This document shows, one piece after another, positions 1-8,789 of a stretch of 64,000 nucleotides of DNA. The stretch is from an uncultured Candidatus Binatia bacterium (GTDB lineage: Bacteria; Desulfobacterota; Binatia; UBA9968; JAJDTQ01), in assembly GCA_964291295.2 (NCBI GenBank), contig OZ219754.1, positions 544,001-608,000 on the forward strand. Reading direction: 5' to 3'. Each line of letters opens with the position of its first letter. The stretch's first letter is position 1. Made by a program: the position numbers and the translations under genes. Below the pieces are notes generated by a model that worked only from the letters and a program-made list of their open reading frames with translations, was not told the DNA's origin and made no database searches.

Positions 1-2532
1 TACGACCTGACCCAGAGCCAGCTGGAACTCTTTCGGACCATCGCCGGCAACTACCCGATGACCCTGTTCTACCCGCTCGTCCAAGGCGATCCGGACTGGT
101 CCTTTGCCCGGGACTTCTACGACCGCTACCTCCGAGGCCTGGCCGGGACCGGCGAAGTCGTGGACCTGGCCGGCAACGGCACGGCAACCGGCATCTCGCC
201 CGGGGACACCTCACCCGGGCCGCCGGTGGACCCGCGGCCCCGCCCCGAGATCGTCAGTTGCGCCGGACCCGGGGACGAGGTGCGCACCGTGGCCAAGAAC
301 ATCCTCCGGCTGGTGGAACAGGATGGGTTCGACTTCCAGCAGGTGGGGGTGGTGGCGCGCACCCTGGGCCCCTGGCTGTCGTGGTTCCAGGAGATCTTTC
401 CCGAGCACGGCATCCCCTTCCACACCCCCGCCCAGGAACCCCTGTGCCGCTTCAACCGCGTCAGGGGGCTGCTGACGCTGCTGGACCTGCCGGTGCGGAA
501 CTATCCCCGGGCCGACGTCATCGATCTACTCGCCTCCCACGACTTCCGTTTCGAGAACGTGCCGGACGCCGGCACCGAGCCCAGGCCGGACCTCTGGGAC
601 ATGGCCACCCGCTCCCTGCGCATCACCCGCGGCATGGCCGAATGGCACCGCCTGGAAAGCTACCTCGGCAAGGGCGTCCGACTGAGCTTCGTGGACGAGG
701 AAGGCGGCGGCCGCCTGCTCATACGAGCGGACCAGGTCGCCGCGCTGCTCAAGATCGTCGACACCCTGCACGCGCACTTGAGCGCATTGCCCGCGGAGGG
801 AACGTGGTCGGACCTGGCCGCCCGCTGGCAGGCGGTGGTCGATCGGTTTCTCAACCACGGTTCGGACGAAGCGGCGCCCCGGGTGGCAAAGGCCATCGAC
901 CAGACTTTCGCCGGGCTGGCGGCACTGGAGGCAATCACGCCCACCGTGCCGCTCGAAACCTTCGCCCGGACCCTGCGCCACAGCCTGGACCGGGCCACGG
1001 TGCCGCTGGCCGAGGAGGTCGTGCCGGGAGTCCAGGTTCTGGATGCCGGGTCGGCCCGGGGCATTCCCTTCCGGGCACTCTTCCTGGTGGGCATGAACGA
1101 GGGCGTGTTCCCGCGCGCCGTCCGCGAAGACCCGTTCCTGCGGGACCGCGCGCGCCAGGTGCTGGAGACGGACCTGGGCTTCAAGGTCTCTTCCAGGCTG
1201 TCCGGATTCGACGAGGAAAAGCTGCTGTTCGCAATGCTCCGGGGCTCGGTCACCGATCGCCTCCTTTGCAGCTATCAACGCGCGGACGCGGCCGAGCGCC
1301 CGCTGGCGCCCTCCTGGTACCTCCGCGCCGCGGCCCCCGCCGCCGACACCGCGATTCCCAGAAGCGTCCTGGGCAAGCGCGGCATCCCTCCCTTCGACAA
1401 CGAGCGCTGGCTCCTGCCGGAGGAGCTTGCGGTGCGGCAGGCCCTGGAAGGAGCGGATCCGACCCCCTTGGTGCGCGCGGGCGGGGGCTCGGTGGAGAGC
1501 TTCCGCAAGAGCGCGGCGGCGCTCTGCGCACTGGACGACGCCGCCGGAACAGCCGGGCCGTTCGACGGCATCACCGGCCCTCTGGAGCCGGTGTGGAACG
1601 GGATCGTCGAAAACGCGGTCTCCGCCACCACCCTGGAGGCGTACGGCCGCTGCCCGTTCCAGTACTTCGCCCGCAACATACTCAAGCTGGAACGGCTGGA
1701 GCGCCCGGAAACGGCGGCGCCGGTCCAGGCCCTGGAATGGGGGGAACTCTGCCACGAGATCCTGCAGCGCTTCTACCAGGAACCCGACCGCGCCCGGGGG
1801 GACGGCTGGATCGCATGGCTCTACAGCGCCGCCGACGAGGTTCTGTCCACCTTCGAGGCAGAGGGCGCCACCGGATACCCGGCGGCATGGCAGGCGGCTC
1901 GCGCCGAGCTTATGGGCGTGCTGCTGGAGGCGGTTGAGGCGGACATGTCGGAGATGGAGAAATCGGGCTTCCGTCCGGCGGAGTTGGAAAGCTGGCTGAC
2001 CACCCGGCTCGACGAGACATGGCCCCCGGACATCCGGGGCCTGACCGTGCACGGACGCCTCGACCGCATCGACCGCCACGAAACGGCCGCCCGCTACCGC
2101 GTCATCGACTACAAGTACAAGACCGGCAGGCAACCCAGCGACATGGAACACCGGCCCAGGGACGCAGCAGTCAGAGGGCGCAAGCTGCAACTGCCCGTCT
2201 ATCTGCTGCTGGCCCGGGAATACACCGGTGCGCAAGGGCCCGGAGCGGACACCGCGGTTGAAGCGGCCTGGTACTACTTCATCGCCCGCCGCTGGAGCAA
2301 AGGCCCCCTGGTTCGGTGCTCCTTCCCGGCGGACGCCTGGGAGGAGATCTCCGGCGCGGCGATCCGGAACGTGATCATCCGGCGCCTGCGCGGTATCCGC
2401 GCCGGGGAATTCCACATCAAACCCGGCTCCCATTGCCGCTTCTGCGAGGTGTCGGAGATCTGCCGCAAGGACCATTTCCCCTCCCTCACGAGAGCCGCGC
2501 GACACGAGCCCGCGGGAACGGCTCCTCCATGA
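1..2532 (+). CDS. addB: AddB-like ATP-dependent helicase/nuclease subunit B (5'-partial; frame is open from base 1)
   Basis: Inactive helicase-like region (ARGIPFRALFLVGMNEGVFP), PD-(D/E)XK nuclease (GRLDRID...VIDYK), Fe-S staple cysteines (RCPFQYF ... HCRFCEVSEIC); ATGA overlap with addA. Confidence 0.88.
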   Translation, partial: YDLTQSQLELFRTIAGNYPMTLFYPLVQGDPDWSFARDFYDRYLRGLAGTGEVVDLAGNGTATGISPGDTSPGPPVDPRPRPEIVSCAGPGDEVRTVAKNILRLVEQDGFDFQQVGVVARTLGPWLSWFQEIFPEHGIPFHTPAQEPLCRFNRVRGLLTLLDLPVRNYPRADVIDLLASHDFRFENVPDAGTEPRPDLWDMATRSLRITRGMAEWHRLESYLGKGVRLSFVDEEGGGRLLIRADQVAALLKIVDTLHAHLSALPAEGTWSDLAARWQAVVDRFLNHGSDEAAPRVAKAIDQTFAGLAALEAITPTVPLETFARTLRHSLDRATVPLAEEVVPGVQVLDAGSARGIPFRALFLVGMNEGVFPRAVREDPFLRDRARQVLETDLGFKVSSRLSGFDEEKLLFAMLRGSVTDRLLCSYQRADAAERPLAPSWYLRAAAPAADTAIPRSVLGKRGIPPFDNERWLLPEELAVRQALEGADPTPLVRAGGGSVESFRKSAAALCALDDAAGTAGPFDGITGPLEPVWNGIVENAVSATTLEAYGRCPFQYFARNILKLERLERPETAAPVQALEWGELCHEILQRFYQEPDRARGDGWIAWLYSAADEVLSTFEAEGATGYPAAWQAARAELMGVLLEAVEADMSEMEKSGFRPAELESWLTTRLDETWPPDIRGLTVHGRLDRIDRHETAARYRVIDYKYKTGRQPSDMEHRPRDAAVRGRKLQLPVYLLLAREYTGAQGPGADTAVEAAWYYFIARRWSKGPLVRCSFPADAWEEISGAAIRNVIIRRLRGIRAGEFHIKPGSHCRFCEVSEICRKDHFPSLTRAARHEPAGTAPP

Positions 2533-5500
2533 ACCAGCCTCCCCCGGACGAACTGGAACGGCAACAGGCCACAACCACCTTCGACCGCAATGTGGTGGTG
2601 ACCGCGGGCGCGGGAACCGGCAAGACCACCCTGCTGGTGGAGCGGTGCGTCAACCTGCTCATGCGCGAGCCGCACCCGGTGCAGGTGACGGAACTGGTGG
2701 CCCTGACCTTTACCAACAAGGCGGCCAACGACATGAAGGCGCGCCTGCGGCAGGAGCTTGACGTCCTGGCCGCGGCGGCAACCGAGCGCAGCGGCGCCGT
2801 CGGCGAGCGCTACCGCCTCACCGAGGACGAGGTGCAGGGCCGGGCCCGGGAAGCGCTGCGGAACCTCGAGCGGGCACAGATCGGCACCATCCACAGCTTC
2901 GCCGCGTCGCTGCTTCGGCTCCATCCGCTGGAGGCCGGACTCGACCCGGGGTTCCAGGAAGACGACGGCAGCCTGCGGAAGAAACACTTCGAGACCTGGT
3001 GGGGGCGGTGGCTCGACGAGGAACTGGCCGACACCGGCGCCCGCAAGAAGGAATGGATGCACCTCCTTGGCCGCTTCCCGCTGGAACGGCTCCGGGACCT
3101 TGCCCTGGCCCTTTGTGCCGAGGACGTGGACCTGGACCAACTGCGGCTCACGAGCCCGCCCGGCGACACGGTCGGCGCGTGGTTGCGCGGCCTGGACGAA
3201 ACCGCGGCGGACCTCATCGAGCGTCACCCGGAGGACCGGAAGATCGAGCAGATGCTGCCGGTGGCCCGGAAGATCGTACGGTCCTTCCTCACCGGCGGCC
3301 CCGCCGCCGGCGCCGAGGCTGTCGAGGCCTGGGAACGGGTCCTGTTGAAGGAAAAGCCCAATCAGGTGAAGGGATGGTCCGACGACGATTTCAGGCTCGC
3401 CCGCAAACTCATCGCCAACGGGGACGCGCTGGCCCAGGTGGATTCGGCGGAGGTGGAACGGCTGTGCGCACTGCTGGCGCCGTTCGTCCGACAGTGCCGC
3501 GAGGAGTTCACCCGCCATGGCCTGGTGACCTTCGACGGCCTGCTGGTGCGGGCCCGGGACCTGCTGCGCGGCCATCCGCGAATCCGGGAAGAGTTGAAGG
3601 CGCGTTTCAAGGCCATCCTGGTGGACGAATTCCAGGACACCGATCCGTTACAGTACGAGATTCTGCTGTGGCTGTGCGAGGAGCGCTCCCAGGGAGCCCG
3701 AGACTGGCGCGAAATCCGCCTGGTCCCCGGCAAGCTGTTCGTGGTGGGGGATCCCAAGCAGTCCATTTACGGGTTCCGGAGCGCCGACATGGAGGCCTAC
3801 CTGAACGTCGTCCAGGAGGTGATCGAGGCCCAGGATGGAGTCCAGTACCGGCTCACTGCCAACTTCCGCAGCGACCGCCGGATCCTCGACGTGGTCAACG
3901 GTCTCTTCGAGCAGCTGATCCAGGAGCAGCCCGGCCTCCAGCCCGAGTACATCGCCCTCCAGCCCGGTCTCCACCGGACCGACGAGGAGCCGCCGCATCC
4001 GGAACCCGGGGAAGCGCCGCCGGAGCGGAGACGGAGTCCGGTCCGCGTCCGCCGGGTATCCAGCACGGACGAGACGGAGGATGCCGCCTCGATGCGCCGT
4101 CTGGAGGCGGAATCGCTGGCGCGGTGGCTCGAAGTGGAGGTGCCGGGCCAAACCTTCCTCGACGCCAGAACCGGTCAGCGGACGCCCCTCCAGCCGGGCC
4201 ACGTCGCCCTTCTCATGCGCGCGCTCACCAACGCCCCGGTCTACCTGGAAGCGCTGCGCCGGCACGGCATCCGCTACGTGGTGGAAGGGGCGCGGAACTT
4301 CTACGCCACTCGGGAAGTCACCGACGCCATCAATCTGCTCCGGGCCATCGACAACCCCTACGACCGGCTTGCGCTGGCGGGGGTGCTCCGCTCGCCCCTG
4401 GGCGGCAACGACGATGCCGCCCTCTTCCATCTCCACCGGCAGGGACTGCTGGACTACCGCTCGGTGGCGGGGGTTCGGCGGGCGGACCTGCCCGGGGAGG
4501 TCCTGGATCTGTACCGCCGTCTCTTCCAGCTGCACAGGGAGGTGCGTTTCCTGGAAGCCGGAAGGGCGGTGGAGCGGGTGTTCAAGGCATTGCCGCTGTC
4601 GGTGCTGGCGGCCAGCGGGAACTCGGGGCAACAGGCCGTGGCCAACCTGGAGAAGGTGCGCCAGGTGGCCCGGGACGCGGGCGCGGGCGGCAGCGGCACC
4701 CTCAAGGAGGTGGTGGCCGAACTGGAACGCCGCGTCCGGGAGCAGGATGACGAGTCCGAGAACGCGCTGGAGGAGGAGACCCTGGATGCCGTGCGGATCA
4801 TGAGCATCCACCGTGCCAAGGGACTCGAGTTCCCGGTGGTGGTGCTGGTGGACGCTTCAGGCGGACCGAACAGGGGGGCGTCCCCGCCGGTGGAGATATC
4901 GCAGGACTGGTCCACCGGCCTCACCGGCATCCACATGGACGACCTGTGGAGCCTGACCGGCGTCTTTCTCCGTGCGAAACAGCGGGAGCGGGAAGCCTGC
5001 GAACAGCGCCGCCTGCTGTACGTGGCCATGACCCGGCCCCGCCAGCAACTCGTCATCTCCTTTGCCGACAAGAAGAACCGGGACGGCGACAGCCTGGCCT
5101 GCATGATCGGCGAGGCGGCCGGCGTCGAGCTTCTGGAAGCCCATTGGGAGCCCATTACCTGCGGCACCGGCGAGATGGAGGCGGAGGTGGTGCTGGAAAC
5201 ACCGGGGGAGGACGAAGATGAGGAAAGCAGCCCCCGGCGGCCGCCGCCTCCGGACACCCGGGACTGGTCCGGGTACGAAGAAGGATGGCGCCGGCGTTGG
5301 GACGAATACGACAACCGGCGCCGCACTTCGCTTTTCGCCAGCCCCACGCGGCTCACCCCCCCCGGCGAGGCGCCCGGGGCGCGCCGGCCTACCCAAGGCC
5401 TCCAGCGCGGTGCCGCCCTCGAACTGGGGACGCTGGCCCACAGGGTGCTCCAGTATTGGGACTTTCATACCCCTCGCCCCGACCAGGATCTGGAGGAAGC

Positions 5501-5906
5501 CATCGCCCGCCACGCCCCCGCGGTGCCGGCGGCGCAGCGGGACGCCGTCGTGCGGGAACTGAAGGCCATCTGGGCCATCCTGATCGACTCGCCGGTGTAC
5601 GAAGAGTTGCGGAGTGCCCGGATACTGGGCCGGGAGATGCCTTTCGTCCTGCCGTGGCACGAGGACCGGGTCATGGAAGGCGTCATCGACGTGGTCTACG
5701 AGCGGCAGGGGCGGCTGTACATCGCCGACTACAAGACCGACCGGGAGACCGAAGAGATCATGCACAAGTACGGTCACCAGGCGCGGATCTACACCGAGGC
5801 CGTCCGCCGCGGTCTGAACCGGGAGGTGGCCGGCTTCAGGTGGATCCTCCTGCGGCTGGGCCGCGCCATCGACCTGCCCGTGGAAGTGGACGGCGGAAAG
5901 CCGTGA
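2529..5906 (+). CDS. addA: AddA-like UvrD-family helicase with C-terminal RecB-type nuclease
   Basis: Walker A AGAGTGKT, TFTNKAA, DEFQDT, VGDPKQSIYGFR, SIHRAKGLEF, LYVAMTR, C-terminal EGVIDVV...ADYKTD; start ATG 2529 overlaps the addB stop. Confidence 0.9.
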   Translation: MNQPPPDELERQQATTTFDRNVVVTAGAGTGKTTLLVERCVNLLMREPHPVQVTELVALTFTNKAANDMKARLRQELDVLAAAATERSGAVGERYRLTEDEVQGRAREALRNLERAQIGTIHSFAASLLRLHPLEAGLDPGFQEDDGSLRKKHFETWWGRWLDEELADTGARKKEWMHLLGRFPLERLRDLALALCAEDVDLDQLRLTSPPGDTVGAWLRGLDETAADLIERHPEDRKIEQMLPVARKIVRSFLTGGPAAGAEAVEAWERVLLKEKPNQVKGWSDDDFRLARKLIANGDALAQVDSAEVERLCALLAPFVRQCREEFTRHGLVTFDGLLVRARDLLRGHPRIREELKARFKAILVDEFQDTDPLQYEILLWLCEERSQGARDWREIRLVPGKLFVVGDPKQSIYGFRSADMEAYLNVVQEVIEAQDGVQYRLTANFRSDRRILDVVNGLFEQLIQEQPGLQPEYIALQPGLHRTDEEPPHPEPGEAPPERRRSPVRVRRVSSTDETEDAASMRRLEAESLARWLEVEVPGQTFLDARTGQRTPLQPGHVALLMRALTNAPVYLEALRRHGIRYVVEGARNFYATREVTDAINLLRAIDNPYDRLALAGVLRSPLGGNDDAALFHLHRQGLLDYRSVAGVRRADLPGEVLDLYRRLFQLHREVRFLEAGRAVERVFKALPLSVLAASGNSGQQAVANLEKVRQVARDAGAGGSGTLKEVVAELERRVREQDDESENALEEETLDAVRIMSIHRAKGLEFPVVVLVDASGGPNRGASPPVEISQDWSTGLTGIHMDDLWSLTGVFLRAKQREREACEQRRLLYVAMTRPRQQLVISFADKKNRDGDSLACMIGEAAGVELLEAHWEPITCGTGEMEAEVVLETPGEDEDEESSPRRPPPPDTRDWSGYEEGWRRRWDEYDNRRRTSLFASPTRLTPPGEAPGARRPTQGLQRGAALELGTLAHRVLQYWDFHTPRPDQDLEEAIARHAPAVPAAQRDAVVRELKAIWAILIDSPVYEELRSARILGREMPFVLPWHEDRVMEGVIDVVYERQGRLYIADYKTDRETEEIMHKYGHQARIYTEAVRRGLNREVAGFRWILLRLGRAIDLPVEVDGGKP

Positions 5907-6637
5907 GAAGCGAACCCCACCTCACCGCCGAGAAACTGCTGTCCCGGTTGGGCGTCGGACCGGGAGCCCTCGGGCAGATCGCGCTGGTGTCCGGCCCCCG
6001 GGACCGCGCCGCGCGGCTGCGGCGCGTACTGGCCCATCCGCGCAGGCTCCTTGCCTTCCAGGACTACGAGATGCACACGGGCGCGTTGGGCGCCCGGTCC
6101 GTCACCGTCGGCAACGGCGGGCGCTATTCGGCCGACACCGCCATCACCACGGAGTTGCTGTGCGCCGGCGGCGTCGAGACCCTGGTGCGGGTCGGGAGCT
6201 GCGGCTCGCTGCGGGAAACGGTGCGGCTCGGTGATATCGTCATCGCCGACGGCGCGGTACGCGGCGACGGCGCCAGCCCCCGTTACGTCCCGGAAAACTT
6301 CGCCACCCTGCCTCACCCGCGGGTGGTGGATGCGTTGGCGCGGGCGGCCGACAGCCTGGGGGTGCCGGTGCACCATGGCCGGGTGTTTACCACCGACGCG
6401 CTGTTCCGGGAAACGCCGGAACTGCTGGCCGAACTGGAGCGGCAGCAGATCACCGCCATCGACATGGTGACCGCGGCCTTCCTGACCGTGGCCCAGGTCC
6501 GGAAGGCCGCGGCCGGGGCGATCCTGGCGGTCTCGGATGAATGGCTCACCGGCAGGCTGGGCTTTCGGGACCCCGCCTTCCTTCAGGCCGAGGAACAGAT
6601 CCTGGAGATCGCCGCCAAGGCGGTGGAGTGGCTCTGA
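5903..6637 (+). CDS. Nucleoside phosphorylase (PNP/UDP-1 family)
   Basis: GPRDRA, RVGSCGSL, AVRGDGAS, TTDALFRE, AIDMV, AILAVSD motifs; GTGA overlap with the addA stop. Confidence 0.8.
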   Translation: MRSEPHLTAEKLLSRLGVGPGALGQIALVSGPRDRAARLRRVLAHPRRLLAFQDYEMHTGALGARSVTVGNGGRYSADTAITTELLCAGGVETLVRVGSCGSLRETVRLGDIVIADGAVRGDGASPRYVPENFATLPHPRVVDALARAADSLGVPVHHGRVFTTDALFRETPELLAELERQQITAIDMVTAAFLTVAQVRKAAAGAILAVSDEWLTGRLGFRDPAFLQAEEQILEIAAKAVEWL

Positions 6638-6787
6638 TCGCCTGTTTGGCCAACGGCGGCTTTCATACTACAAGAGCGGGAGACGGAACGTTCGCGGGGC
6701 GCGGACGCTGTGGAAGAGAGCGGTGAACGAGGGCGGTGGAATCGCGCGGGCTGTGGAACCCGGCACTCGGCAAAGGAGGATGGCATC

Positions 6788-7546
6788 ATGCGTTTGGACG
6801 GAAAGGTCGCGATCGTGACAGGCGGCGGCGTGGGCATCGGCCGCGCCTACTCCAAGGGGCTGGCGCGGGAAGGCGCCAAGGTCGCCGTGGCCGACATCCA
6901 GGTGGAGGCGGCCAGCCAGGTGGCGGAGGAGATCCGGAAGGACGGCGGCCAGGCGATTCCGGTGGCGGTGGACGTCGCCTCCCCGGAGAAGACCCGGGAG
7001 ATGGCGGACGCGGTGCTTGAGGCCTACGGCCGCATCGACATCCTGGTGAACAACGCGGCCCTGTACACGGCACTCACGAAGAAGTCCTTCATGGAAATCT
7101 CCGAAGAAGAATGGGACCGGGTCATGGCGGTGAACATCAAGGGCCTGCACCTGTGCGTGCAGGCGGTCTATCCGGCGATGAAGGCACAGGGCGGGGGCAA
7201 GATCATCAACATCTCCTCGGGCACCATCCTGGGCGGCACGCCGATGTTCCTGCACTACGTCACGTCCAAGGCCGGCGTGCTGGGATTCACCCGGGCACTG
7301 GCGCGGGAGATCGGCTCCGACGGGATCTGCGTCAACTCCATCATGCCCGGTCTGACCGTGTCGGGCGACAACCAGGGCGGCGTCACCACCCCCCAGCAAC
7401 TGGAGAACCGGCGCCGCAGCCGGGCGTTCCAGCGGGACCAGTACCCGGACGACCTGGTCGGCACCGTCATCTTCCTGTCCTCGGACGACAGCGACTTCAT
7501 CACCGGTCAGTCCATCAGCGTGGACGGCGGCCAGCACATGCACTGA
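6788..7546 (+). CDS. Short-chain dehydrogenase/reductase (SDR)
   Basis: TGGGVGIG, NNA, YVTSK catalytic motif; RBS AAGGAGG upstream. Confidence 0.92.
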   Translation: MRLDGKVAIVTGGGVGIGRAYSKGLAREGAKVAVADIQVEAASQVAEEIRKDGGQAIPVAVDVASPEKTREMADAVLEAYGRIDILVNNAALYTALTKKSFMEISEEEWDRVMAVNIKGLHLCVQAVYPAMKAQGGGKIINISSGTILGGTPMFLHYVTSKAGVLGFTRALAREIGSDGICVNSIMPGLTVSGDNQGGVTTPQQLENRRRSRAFQRDQYPDDLVGTVIFLSSDDSDFITGQSISVDGGQHMH

Positions 7547-7681
7547 CGCGCGGCGGCGCCCCGTGCCCGGAGCCGGTCCGGGGTCTTGAACCGCCGGGTG
7601 ACGCGTGCGCAAGGCCCGATCCGGCCGGCGTCCTTCAGCGTCCAGAAGGCAGACACCGGAGGGCTGGCGGCGGCGGACACC

Positions 7682-8755
7682 CTACTCCGGATACAGCGGC
7701 GCGCTGTACACGGTTCCCGGCACGACCACACCGCCGGCCGGCCGTTCCCCTTCCTTGAGATGGGCGAAACGGTGGCGAAAGGCCGGGGGCAGCGGCCGCC
7801 CTCCGGGGGTGCCGAGCCAGAGGCGCAGCAGGTTGCGGCGGCGCTCCGGCTCGGGGTAGTCCGCGAAGGCGGTGCGCGAATGCGCGGTGACATGGTTGTG
7901 CAGAAGCTGCACGTCTCCCCGCAGAAATTCCATGTCGTATGACAGTTCGTCACAGAGATCGGCGCAGAGCGTCAACGCCTCCGTGAGCGCCTCCGAGTGG
8001 CGCGGCAGTTCCTCGAACCGCTGGGCCGACCCGATGTAGGAGCCCCCCACGCTTGCGGTCAGGTAGCCTTCGTGAAAGTTGAAGACCGGGAGCTGCCACC
8101 ACGGCTCCTTGCCCTCCGGAATCTCACCGCGCCGGTCGCGGTAGATGGGGCCGGCCAACTCCGCCACCAGTTCGGGGCGCCTTTTCAGCATTTCATTGTA
8201 GACGTTGAGGGAGCTGGTGAAGCGGCTCGAGCCGCCGGACCTGGCCGGGTGCAGGCACATCAGCGCGACCACGTCGCAGGCATCGCAGTGAAAGGGCAAC
8301 ATGTCATGGGTCTGATAGCCGCGATGCTTCGGATTCTCGAGGGAGTGACCGCCGAGATCCGCCACGTGCCCGAGAAGATGTCCCTTGGAGTTCTGGGACA
8401 CCGGCACACCGACGAAGAGGCCGATGCCCCAGAACGCGATGGCGGACTGCAGGCGGCTGTAGCGTTCCACCGGCACACCCCGTATGAGCGCCAGGCCGCG
8501 ACCGTGAATCACGTCGGCGGCGACCTTGTCGAGCCGCTCCCCCAGGGTCGCGAGCGCGAAGTCCTCCCGGGTGATGTCCAGGATGTCGAGCCCGCGTTCC
8601 TCCACCCGCGCCACCGCCTCGTCCAGTTCCGCGATGTCGCTGGCGGTCAGCGGGTGGATCCAGCTCTGGTCGGCCGCCAGCTCCTCTGCGGTCCAGGCCG
8701 CGGGATCCACCACGGGCCGATTCGGCACGGCCGGCTGTCTGTCCACTTTCAGCAT
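7682..8755 (-). CDS. TauD/TfdA-family Fe(II)/2-oxoglutarate dioxygenase
   Basis: HCD (HxD) and HSR iron ligands, C-terminal RRNLLRLWL; RBS GGAGG before ATG 8755. Confidence 0.85.
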   Translation of the reverse strand: MLKVDRQPAVPNRPVVDPAAWTAEELAADQSWIHPLTASDIAELDEAVARVEERGLDILDITREDFALATLGERLDKVAADVIHGRGLALIRGVPVERYSRLQSAIAFWGIGLFVGVPVSQNSKGHLLGHVADLGGHSLENPKHRGYQTHDMLPFHCDACDVVALMCLHPARSGGSSRFTSSLNVYNEMLKRRPELVAELAGPIYRDRRGEIPEGKEPWWQLPVFNFHEGYLTASVGGSYIGSAQRFEELPRHSEALTEALTLCADLCDELSYDMEFLRGDVQLLHNHVTAHSRTAFADYPEPERRRNLLRLWLGTPGGRPLPPAFRHRFAHLKEGERPAGGVVVPGTVYSAPLYPE

Positions 8756-8789
8756 GGCGGTTCCTCCGAAGCTTGCCCCCGGTTCACGT

